64,000 nucleotides of DNA. Origin: Camelus dromedarius. Taxonomy: Eukaryota. The notes beneath the pieces are model-generated. The model did no database searches. It had not been told where the DNA came from and worked only from the letters and a program-made list of their open reading frames with translations. Shown here in pieces: positions 40,840-52,455 of this stretch (positions are counted from its first letter, which is position 1; the number at the start of each line of letters is the position of its first letter). The stretch is taken from NCBI RefSeq assembly GCF_036321535.1, contig NC_087436.1:17980001-18044000 (forward strand), in the 5' to 3' direction. Position numbers and translations under genes: made by a program.

Positions 40840-41310
40840 TTTGGGCTCTTGGTTATAGGTGACAGGAAAGTCAACACAGACTGGCTTAAGCACCAGTGTA
40901 AATTCATTGGCCCATATAACTGGAAAGTCCTATTGTGGGCTTGGTTTCAGGCAAGCCATGGTCTTAAGCCAGGTCATTTGAACTCACTCTCATTCTCTCC
41001 ATTACTTGACTTTGCTCTTGCTCTAGTCCTGTGCAGGTTCCCTCATGGTGATGAGACAGCCACCAGGCTTCCATTAAAGAGGTTTTCAGTTCCCAGGCTT
41101 CCTTATGAAAGCCCCCAGTTGAATTTCCATAGACTGAACTTGACTCACGTGGCGCCCTCCCCACCAGTCACTGTGGCCGGGGAGTGCAGCCATCTGATAG
41201 GCTACTTCTGGCTGGAGTTGGCCAACCTGAACCACTTAGGCCGATGGTGGGCACCAGCATTTCCCTGAGAAAAAGGTGGGTTCCAGAAGGCTGATTTCCA
41301 GAAAATGGGG
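40840..41310 (-). mobile_element. Old MaLR LTR (MLT1J/K-like)
   Basis: 'ggttataggtgacaggaaagtcaacacagactggcttaagca...ttcattggcccatataactggaaagtcc' resembles an antisense old MLT1; right boundary approximate. Confidence 0.55.
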
Positions 41311-42971
41311 GAAGAAATTTTGTGTATAGTACTGAAATCAATGTATTTAATTTAAGACTATCGTCCCCGCCACTCTCTTCTGTCTTTCCTTAACTGTATG
41401 ACTGGCTCAGGAGAAGGTAAGGAGGTAGGGTTTACCTCTGGCATCTTTCTAATGCCACTTTGTGCCTTCCAATACGAGGACTCCCCTCCTTGGCTTACTA
41501 ACTGGTGAACAGAGGGATAAGTGAGAATAAACAGTGGGGAGAAGGGCATTTAGAGTGGGTGCCTCTTTGTAGCCCTGCCTGTGGGTCAGCCTTCATATCA
41601 GAACCCACATTTTGGCTATTTACAGAACCTGCTGTTCTCTGCTTCTGAAGCAAGAGAACTTTCTGGAGGTTTTTGCTTGGCTTTTGTTGTTTTAAGTAGT
41701 CTCTATGGAAGTAGCTGAGGAAAGAATTGTTTTTGTAACTGAGGCACGTATAAATACAGAAACGCCTAAGTATCTGCACATCTTTTTCTTTCATTGGAAA
41801 GCTGATCAGTGATGGATAATGAACCTTGACAGGTGCCATTTAAGACTTTTATCACTTTAGCTTATTCCTTGTGTGTGTGTGAATTAGAATTTTAACACTC
41901 ATCTGTGTGAAACAAGGCTATACGTTTAAAATATAAACTTCATGAGAGTAAATGACTTACTTGTTTTTTTTCTGTATTTGTATCTGCTTACTGTTTAATT
42001 GTGTGTGAGAGAGAGAGAGAACATGTGAGAAATAGGACTATCTTTGTATCAGAACTTTTTGATTTAATAAGAAATTATTTTTTTAATGTTTTGTGTAATT
42101 GCAGGCACTAATTTCACAAAGTTCGGGTATATGCATGTTATTTTTATTCGTTTTTACAGGTAGACATTTGGGATCAGACCCAGTCAACTAATCTATTCAT
42201 AATCATTGGGCCAAACTTAGATCCATATTAAAGTCTTATGATCCCAAACCTAGATCCAAACTAAGGCCTCATAACTCTAATAATCTCATAATCTGTTCTT
42301 TCCATTTTCCATCATTCCCGAGTTCATAAAAGTCCTTCTCTATATGTCATTGTGTTGATGCCTGCTTGTGATGATTAGGGAAGTGATGCAGACATTGAGA
42401 CGAAGTGTGGTCCCCGTAGTGTGTCTCTATGCATATGTGGCTCTGTGTGTGCATACATACACACAGGCAAACATGCATGTGTGGTTTTATATTTGAATAA
42501 TTATTAAGGTTGTTTTCTGGCTTTGACCTCACACTCCTCCTCAGATTACAAAAGCAGAGACTTCTAAGCAGGTAGAGGTTGCTGACAGGAGGGGAGTTCG
42601 TTACAATCGGAAGGAACTAAAAACACCAGGGGCAGAACTGGACATGACCGCTAGAGAGAAGGCGGGAGAAACACGACCTAGCGCTGACTATGTAGGGAGA
42701 CTGCCTGCCATTTGTTTTCAGTGTAAGTTACGTTCTCTGTGTTCTGTTTAATGGGATGTATATATGCGCTTGTTTTTTCTTCCTAAACATTTAGTGTAGA
42801 AACACTTAGAAGCCTCATGCAGAAAACCTTTTTTTTAACCATTAATATCAGTTAAGAGCCATACTACTGTACCTTAAATTGGAAGCTTATCATTTTATTT
42901 TTAAATTTGAATTGTTAATTTGCCTGGAAGGTTTGTCAGGACCTTTCTATCTTAAGAAAAAGAATAAGCAT

Positions 42972-42994
42972 ACACACACACACACACACACACA
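42972..42994. repeat. (CA)n microsatellite
   Basis: Directly visible. Confidence 0.9.
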
Positions 42995-43019
42995 TTTTTT
43001 AAGTAGGGTTCTCCCTAGT

Positions 43020-43200
43020 GGTGGAAACTGGACTGACGTTAGGGTCCAAAAGACTTGGTTTTAACTTCCAGCTCTGCCACTCTCTAGGTATGAGATGACG
43101 GCAAGTTATTTAACCTACCTGGACCTCCGTTTCTTTATATGTAAGTGGAAAAGGTAGTATTGCCCTACCTATTGCTATGAAAACTTACATGAAAACACTG
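43020..43200 (+). mobile_element. MIR SINE
   Basis: ccagctctgccact...ggcaagttatttaacct...cctccgtttctttatatgtaag. Confidence 0.65.
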
Positions 43201-44369
43201 TTTTTGCAGATTTTATACATGGTAAAATGGCATCAAAATATTAGATCTTGACTCTGCTCTAGGAACAGATGCTGAAGTTCTCTGGGCATATCTGTGCACA
43301 GAGACTGTGTAAATGACTCAGCAACGTTGCACTGTTAGGTCTTCGTTTTTCCCATAATACGTAATTTTGCCCATAGAACTGCCCTTCGAGGCTGTAAGAT
43401 CCTCCTTGGCCAGCAGTTCTCACAAAGGATGTCGGGGCAGGGCGGGTGGGGGAAATGGAGTGTCTGTCGAAATTTTCTGGAGGGGCTTTTCCACATTTTC
43501 CAACATGTGGACTGAACTACCAAGATTTACTCCTGTAACAAATCTCCTTAGCTCATGGGGACAGTCCCAACTTGGGAGCTGCACAGTAGAGAAAATACTG
43601 AGAGCCACGAACTGGACTTTTAGCTCCCCTGTTAGATGTCTTTAGGGCAGGACAGAGTCTTATCTCTGGAAACTGGCAACACCATAGATACTTAGTAGCC
43701 GCTAAATAAATGAGTGTACACGTGAATGTACCTGTATGGCATAAGCTCATTTGAGGTTAAATGACTTCCCTCCGAGTCAGTAAATTAGCAGTGAAACTGG
43801 CTCAAGAATTTACGCAGGCCTTTGGACTTCTATCTGCAACTTCTAATTCTAGTCTCAGTTCTTACTGTCTCAGTCTCTTTCCAACTGTAAATTGCTGTTA
43901 GTTTCATCTCCTGTGCATTTTACTTTGCGACCCCTCAAAGAACAGAGCCGACTACACTCAGCATACTATTTTATAACCTAATTTCCTTCCTGGATACTCA
44001 GTATATAAGCAGTGTCTGGAGGACGCAACGACCACAAATCACGGAAGAGTTATAGCACTGTAAAAGAGGAAGAGAGTTCATTGTTGTGTAAAGTCAACTA
44101 GATTTATAGTTTTGTAAGCAGACCTGTTAAGCCAAAGAGTCCAGATCTTGGTACGATCAGCCAAAATCATATGATGTCTTTTTCCACACTCAGACATTTC
44201 CCTTTAAGTACTTATAAATCTATTTCCTGAAATGAAATTGCCTTAAAAGATCTAATTGTAGATTAATTTCAGGAGTCCTCAAATACGCAGTTTTTAAGGT
44301 ACCCAAGGCTGGAAACATGCACCTCATTCCTTTTACATGAACTTCACAGCATATAAGTAAGAAATCTTT

Positions 44370-44647
44370 CTTTTCTTGCAGGTTTTTTATTTACTTTTTT
44401 AAATTGAAGTATAGTCAGTTTACAATATTGTATTAATTTCTGGTGTACAGTGTAGTGTGACTCAGCTATATAGATATATTCCTTTTCATATTCTTTTTCA
44501 TTATTGGCTATTATAAGGTATTGAATATAATTCCCTGTGCTACACAGTAGGGCCTTGTTTATCCATTTTATGTATAGTAGTTAGTATCTGCAAATCCTGG
44601 ATCCTACTTTATCCCTCTACACCCCCCTTTCTCCCTCTGGTAACCAG
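44370..44647 (-). mobile_element. 5'-truncated L1 3'UTR
   Basis: Perfect 15-bp TSD aagtaagaaatcttt at 44355-44369 and 44648-44662. Confidence 0.85.
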
Positions 44648-45439
44648 AAGTAAGAAATCTTTAAACTCATAGATTGGTTATTCTGTGGGAGAAAATGTTC
44701 TTAAGGAAATGTAATGGTTGATTAACAGTTAATTTTCTTCGCCTTTCTAAAATGAATGTGTAAGCCGAACAGGTCCAGATGAAAGCATGTCTCACCGTGG
44801 CGTGGACCCAAGTTATCCCCATCGATGCCGCGTGCACTCTTGAGCAGGGGGTCCCAGCCAGCAAGAGTGTGAGCAAAGATGAGGTCTGGGGGAGTGGGTG
44901 GCAGCGGTGCAATTATGCCGCGGATAGAGAACTTGAGGGACACAAGCTAAAGCAGGATGGTATTACGTAACACTTGAAATATAGCTATCCCCTCAGCTGG
45001 CAATCTAAAATTAAGGAAATGATACAACAAGGAAATAACATATACTTATTAGATGTCTTCAGGTCACGACACGATTAGGCTCTCTCTGTTCCCGTGTGTC
45101 CAGTAGGAAGCTAGTTGGCATAAGAGGCTGTTGTCACTCCCGAAAAACTGCTGAGTCAGAGATAGGAAACCAAGGACTGTTCTGGCTTACAGTTTGCTCA
45201 CAAAACACTTTAAAGATGAAGGGTTTTTTATTTTTTTTCCTTTACCAGAAATTAGGGGCCAGGTAACCTGATTCTTTCTAACTACTTAACTGTAAGAGCT
45301 TAAATAAATATCTACCCAGTAGATTGTATCTTTGATTTTTATGACTACTCTTTTCCTCCTTACATAAGCATGAGGCTCTAGTGTTAATTGTGAGTGTTTC
45401 CCCAGATATTTTGTAGCCCTTCAGTTGGTTGCCATAGAA

Positions 45440-46490
45440 ACACAAGAGCCATGACATTTAGGCCAACCTGGAAGGTCAGGGAAGCTTCTTAAAGAATTGA
45501 TCCCACAAAGTGAATCCTGAAAGATGAGAATTGGCAAAGCTGAGGGGGCACCAGAGGCAGTTGCCACTGTGAGCACGTGAGGTGTGAGGTGATGGAAGGG
45601 GAGGCCAAAGACGCAGACTGGGTCCAGGTCCTGGACTCCACGGAGGGGTCTGAATTTACCCTTGGGCAAAACAGAGCCTCTGGATGTTTTCATACAGCAG
45701 AATGGTAAGCGCAGGTGTGCATTTACTATCTGGCTGAAGGGAGGTATGCTTATTGAGAGAGGGACAGTTCCAGTGGCTCTTGTAAATCACTTTGGTAAGA
45801 GATGACCGGAGACAGAGCTAGACCAGCAGTGTTAGGGAGCGAGAGAGGAGGGACAGCTGACAGGACTACCTGGGAGGTAACACTGGTGGCTCTAGGTGGG
45901 AGGTAAGGAAGCAAAGATCTAGGATGATTCCCCAGGCGCGGCTACAGGTGCCCTTTGCTAAGACTGGGAACGCTGGAGTGGGAGCAGCTTTGGGGGCGTG
46001 GGAGGCAAAGTTCATTCATTCAACAAACAGTTACTCAGTATCTGGTAAATGCTAGACACTGTTGTAGGCATACCTGAGGACTTCTTGGGTGAAGATCAGG
46101 TGAACACAGTAGACAAAGATCCTCACCATGATGGAGCTTACATCCCAGTGAGGGGTGGTGGAGAGATGAACCACGATGGATGAGTTATTTGGGTAGCAGA
46201 TGAAAAGCTGAGAGGCGCTATGGAAAAAAGCACTGCCAGGATAAAGGAGATTGGAATGAGATTCCATTTAGGACAGTGAGTTTGAAATGTCTGTAGAACA
46301 TTCACATGCCTCTAACCGGCAGTTAGATGTGTGATTCTGAAGCTTGGGAAACAAAGTAGGGTTGAAAATAAAGGTTTTAGAATCATCATGCATGAAAGTT
46401 GCATGGATGCATTTGCCCAAGAAATGGGTATTTAGAGAAACAAAGAATAAGCAAAGGTTAGAACCTTAGAGAACATAAACCTAGGACATT
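45440..46490 (-). mobile_element. L2 fragments (one 3' end nested at ~46010-46270)
   Basis: ggtcagggaagcttc..., ttcattcattcaacaaacagttactcag..., gagtttgaaatgtctgtagaacat. Confidence 0.6.
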
Positions 46491-47759
46491 GTTTTGTGTG
46501 CGTGTGTGTGTTTTATACACATGTGTGAATAATTTTTCTGTCTCCTCCAAACTGTACACAGAAGAGTCTTAGTTACTTGGTCTCTGAATCTTCCAGGTTT
46601 TAACTGAACTTCAGGCATTATTGTATCTTTGGAACTTTCAATTCCAGTTTTTGTTCTTTATTCATCCTTAAGCTTGATTCTTACTGAATCTTAGCCAGTC
46701 CAGAACCTACAACCAAACACAGGAGTGAGGAGATTCGATTTGCTAACCAGTGCAGAGATAATGCCAAACATGTAACAGGTGCTCGAGCCACATTTGTTGA
46801 TTGATAACTATTTACGTATATGTATGGGATTCACCCTTCTTTCTGTCACTGTTTCTCCAAAGTCAAAAATATGTTGAAGTGACTTACTGGAAAATGATTC
46901 AAAGCAAGGACACATAGACCAAAAGCAAATTAGTATTATCCAAAGAGAGCTTCTCATGGCTTAACATGGTAAACGAAGGTGCACTTCACGCAGCACATTT
47001 GAAAAGTATAAATGAGAAGCGCAGTGATTAGTCTGCAGTTTTTCCCTATGTTTGTGTTTCTGTTCATCTTGTGCCAGAAAAGGATCCAAGGCAGCTCACA
47101 GCTTTCCATGAGTTAGAGAGAAATTTCTAAGGAGTGAAATGAAAAGCAGAACAAAGGGAAGATGAGAGTGAGAAAGAGAAAAATAGAGCCAGGAATGGGG
47201 ATGGCACAGAGCATAGAGGCCCTTGGCCTTGACAGAGACTGGCCACTTCCTGGGTTTTCTAAGCCCCCCGCCTCCCCTGCCACAGACAGTGGTGAGTCAC
47301 CTGGCCTACGATGTTCTTAAAAACGAGTTTAGGGGGTTGCCTATTTATAAGAAAACTTTCGTGAGCTGCTTTGGTTGTAATGTGCCTGTTCTTTTCATGT
47401 GAATTATAACCTGAAATTTAAAAAGTAACTTTCCCATCGGTATGAAGGGAACATAGCTTGGTTTATCTTAGGGAGCAGGGCTGGAAACGCTCTTCACCCT
47501 GTCGACCACCTGCTCCTGGAATAATGGCTGTCACGTACGGAGCAGCTACTAGACGCCAGGCAGGCGCTGTGCCAGGCACCCGACGTTTTATCTCAATTTC
47601 TCCTCATAGCAGTTTCTTAAATCTGGAAGTTTTGTGAGTTTTGAAAGGTAATATCTTTAAATCTGAACTCTTCTAAGCAAGTGTTGTGACAAGGAAAACA
47701 CGGACTATTTTTTAACAAGGCTTAATGGTAGGATCCTTCCGCTCTGCAAATTAATAGCA

Positions 47760-48000
47760 ACAGCAGTAAACATTTCAGGACTGACTTCGTGCTCATCACA
47801 TGAAGGACTTTATTGTATATTATTATTTTAATCCTCCCAATAATCCTATGAAATAGGCACAGTTATTATCTATCCTTGTGTTAGCAGTCAGTCATCTGAG
47901 ACATGTGCAAGGTGAGGGGGTCAGTCCCAGGTCCGCCAGATCGGAGGAAGTGGCCGAGCTGGGATTTGAACCCAGGAAGCCCAGGCACTGTGACTCTGTG
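47760..48000 (-). mobile_element. MIR SINE
   Basis: tttaatcctcccaataatcctatgaaatagg...gtggccgagctgggatttgaacccagg. Confidence 0.65.
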
Positions 48001-51000
48001 TACTTGGCTCGTAAGCTACCCTGCCTCTCACGGAGTTACGTCAGATCCCAACTATTTTTACCCACCAAAAAGTAGGGCAATGTCTCTGGCTCTAGAACAC
48101 TTAGGAAGAGCACATTATAATTTAACGGTTACCCCGCTCTACTCTAAATAATTAACTCCTAGCCATTCCAGGTTGAAACTCTAATTTGAATTTCTCTTGC
48201 CCCTAATGGGAAAGAAATTGGGTAGTCTCCATTTTTTTCCTTAAAAATGAACTCCTTATTTTATATATAAAAAAAAAATTATCGTTACCATCCTGAAGGA
48301 CCTCTTGAACATCTTGATATTAATCTAAAGCTTTATTTAAAGTTTTTGTCATCTCGTGTTTCATTTCCTGGATATGGTAAAAATTAGATGTCACCCAGCA
48401 GGCTCAGAGCACTGGGGCAAGAACAGCCTTCCTCCTACAAAGCTGGAAGTTCCTAACTGTTCAGCTCTGCTGGCTGCTGGATGCCTGGGGGTCGGAAAAT
48501 GGACCCGAGAGCGGAGGACACATGGCTTCTCTCACAGGACATCGCTCATGGTGCCCCTAAGATTGTGCAGCTTACCTGGTTCCATCCCCTTGAGAATGAT
48601 TTGACACCAAAAATGAAAACTGCTGAATTGGCTGCAATCAATGCCAAACCAGAGCCCCGGGAAATGGGGAGGATGAGGAGGCAGTTAGGCATTGAAGTGG
48701 GTGTGGGTGGTGGAGGAATGGGAAGATGGGGGTTTGAACCAGAGTCTGCTCCCTGGAGGTTGTCAGGACCTGTCTGGTGCCCAGAGGTGGAGGTGGCGAC
48801 TGAACAAAGACACCAGAGGCCAGACTCAGGCCCTCCTGTTGCAGTAAGAAATCTCAGCCCTTCTTAAACACAATGAGTCTCTTATAAGGACAAAATCAAC
48901 ACAGTGGCACAGGCAGTGTTGTCCCTTGGTGTCTGTGCAGTGGCCAGTGGCAGGCACCGCCTCGAGGAAGAGAAGATGACCAGGATGGGATTGTGGACGA
49001 TGGAAAGTAAGAAGGGCCTGACTTGGGTGCAGTTGAGCAGAAGGCCTGGTTTGAGGGGTGAGAAGGACCCACTGGCAGGACCCCGACAGTGGGTCAGTTC
49101 TGGGAAATGACAGAGATCTCTGACGGAGACTTGGGAAGAAAACACTTTGAGAAAGGGGATGATGAGTTTAAAACTGTGCAGGCTGTAGACATCAGTTCAT
49201 CAAAATGGATAAAGAGTCTCTATGGAAAAGCAGACACAAAATGCTGAAAAAGTTCACTTTTTTTACTTGGAGATATTTTCTTTCATATTTTAAAATAAAC
49301 TGCATGGTTAGCTCTAAGACAGTTTGGTAGATCGGCTTAGTTTTAGGCAACAGATGTCAGAGGCTGCTTTGGCTGTTCGGTGCGGTATATGGAAGTTGTG
49401 CAGTGAAACTGAATGCGTTGAATGCTGGTGCCCGCAGCACCAGTGGAGCAGGCCTGCAGGGTGTGGGCTGTAGGGACCGTTGTGCCTTTGTTACTGCTCA
49501 TATTAGAGGTTCTAAATGGTGATTTTTGCAGCTTATGACACTGTAGGAAGCCACAACATGAAGCCACTAATGATTGAAAAGGCAGAAAAATTCTGTGGGA
49601 AAAAAAAGCCAGTGTTTCAAGTCTCCAAAATTTTTGCTGTAATTTTTTTGCCCTTTAAAACTAGCCATATCCAGTGTAGTGATTTTGTTTTTCTCTTTTA
49701 CACTTACTCCTTGGTGTCTTTGTTCACAGCCCATCCTGAGCTGTTAGATTGGAAAGAGAGAGAGAGGCTAATAATTTCCCTAGAAATAAGCAGATGCCCG
49801 TAACACGTGCACACACAAGCACACACATGCGTGCAGAGCCCTGCACCAGCTCACTCAGTCACCCAGTGACGGCTGTTCTAGGGGAAGCCTTGAATGTCAA
49901 CAAGACGACTTCAGAACCACATGAAATTATCATACAAGCATCTGGGCACAGGCTCACATCCTCTCTCTGCCCCCCCCCACACGCCGCCCCCTCCAATATC
50001 ACAGACCAAGTTCACATCTAGAGTAGAGCAGGCTGACACCAAGGAACGGTGGCACCACTCAGTAGCAATGTAGATTGTTTCCACTTGCCCTCGGGCTCAC
50101 CCTATTTGAAGCTCCTTAACATGCTAGTGCTTGGAATTTGTTGACTGTAACATTCCTTTTACAAAAGCATTACCTTCCTGCATGTGCTGTGTTGCCAATT
50201 TAACAGGGAGCCTGGTGTAGCAAAGAGTGATCCCCAAGGAAGGGTGAGGAAAGTCCTTTCTCCTTACAGTGTGACTAAGGGCGCCACCAAATCGCTGGCG
50301 TCTGACAACCTCATGCATCCTTACAAAAATGTTCTGTTTACTTTTCTAATGGTAAAAACACAAAATAAAGCCAATGAAATGCAACAGAAGATTAAGGAAT
50401 AGTCATCTAGAAGGGCATCATAACTGAACCGGCACTGAAAAGTCACCGTAGCACATTAGCTGAGGAGAAGATTGGGTGAGGTTTGAAGGAAGTTTAATAG
50501 AAATTTGCACTTTTACACATAGCACCATAGATGTAGTACTGGCTTGTTAAATTATATTTCTTTTATGGAACCCAAACTGTATAATTTGAGGGAAAATGCA
50601 AATGCCTTCTCCTCCCTCCTAGTCTCTTCATTTATTTTATTTTCTCCTTCGATTCAGAGGAAGAACCAGGGCTTCAGTTTGGAGACTCACACCGCCCTCT
50701 TAGAAGCCATACTGACCACTTACATTTTTAGTGAAAGGCTTTTTGGATATTATCCAACAATTTAAACACTTACTGTGAGAGTTCTCCAGTAAGAAGCTGT
50801 GTAATGAAACATCACCCACACAGTTTCCAAAATCATTTCTACATAGAGGTGTAATGTGAAGAGAGAGAATCGGTTTGACAGCCTGGACTGCAGGCCAGAA
50901 TGACACTGCCCACTCTGAGTCTTTGAGCAAATAATTGAACTTCTGTTTCCTCTTCTAGAAATAGAAGAAAATAAATCTTAAAAGTGTCTGCCCTGCCCAT

Positions 51001-51171
51001 CTCTCAGATTTAGGAGGATAAAAATTAGTACACGAATATTAAGCTGCTTTAGAAACAGTAAAGGGTTGCTTTACAAACATTACATTTAAAAATGAATTTT
51101 CCCCTTCTCAGGAAGTAATTAAGTCAGTATGCCTTGGTTCTCAAGAAAATGTGGAATATTTAAATTCTAGC

Positions 51172-51286
51172 TAGAGGGCAGGTGTGGGTATAGGGTACAG
51201 CTCAGTGGCAGAGCACATGCTTAACATGCACAAGGTCCTGGGTTCAATCCTCAATACCTCCACTAAAAAAAATTTTATGAAAAAAT
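51172..51286 (+). mobile_element. tRNA-derived SINE (Vic-1-like)
   Basis: cagctcagtggcagagcacatgcttaacatgcacaaggtcctgggttcaatcc, A-rich tail, imperfect TSD taaattctag/taaattctgg. Confidence 0.8.
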
Positions 51287-52013
51287 AAATTCTGGTTGCT
51301 TCCTGTACGTTAAGTATTTGATTTGAAGGAAGAAAAACAGTAAAAATTGTAGGAAAGCATATCTTACTTTAGGTAAGACTTTTAGAGTTTTGACCTCCTT
51401 GACATTGGTATAGGCATTATATTAGACTTACTGTTCATGAGCTTTGTACCCAGGGGCCAAGGTGGGGAAACCTCTGTATTTAAGATCAGGATTTAAATCA
51501 AATCTGCCTCAATACAGAATCATACAAAGAACAAAGGTAGTTTTCACTCTCTTTCTGCATCTTGTACAATTTGGGAGGTCATGACTACTTTTTACTTTCT
51601 TCTTCTTTTTTTTAATTAACTGTATCAGAATTTCTGAAACACATTGCATTCTCCTCCCTGCCACTCATGTTGAGTGATTTAATTGGAAAACCAGTGCAGA
51701 ATTAGTCTAGGTTGATGGTCTTTCGTCTGGCCTGTGCACAGCATCTTCCCGGTTGAACTGGGCTCTGCGATTTGATATTGCTAGCATTACGTAAGTGCTA
51801 ATTGTTTTATTTTTTCCTATCCAATATGAACTGAAGTTGCATTCAAAAAAGGATACGAATGGAGAGTGTTAGTAGCCATTAATTAGAAATCTTGAATAAA
51901 AATCACTATTTTAAAAGGAGAATAGTGGAGAAATGGTTGAGAAATGTCATTATTAAATGATAGAATAAAAGATCTTTCAGACAACCTTTCCTTTCAATAT
52001 TTAAAATGTAATC

Positions 52014-52455
52014 ATATGAGTGATGTCATATGGTATTTTTCCTTCTCTTTCTGCCTTACTTCACTTAGAATGATGATCTCTTGGTCCATCCATGTTGCTG
52101 CAAGTGGCATTACTTTATTGTTTTTTATGGCTGAGTGGTATTCCGTACTGTGAATTCATCTACAAAACAGAAACAGACTCATAGACTTAGTAAACAGTCT
52201 TGTGGTTACCAGGGAAAGGGGGTAGGAAGGGATAAATTTTGGGAGTTTGAGATTTACAAATGTTAACCATTATATATAAAAATAGATTTTTTAAAAAAAA
52301 GCTTCTGTGTAGCACAGGGAACTATATTCAATATCTCATAATAACCTTTAATGCAAAAGAATATGAAAACGAATATATGTATGTATATGCATGACTGGGA
52401 CATTGTGCTGTACACCAGAAATTGACACATTGTAACTGATTGTACTTCAATGAAA
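52014..52455 (+). mobile_element. 5'-truncated L1 with 5' inversion (twin priming)
   Basis: ~52014-52150 is the ORF2 end in minus orientation; 52151-52455 is 3'UTR in plus orientation. Degenerate TSD aaaatgtaatcatatg / aaagtgcaatcaaatg. Confidence 0.85.
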
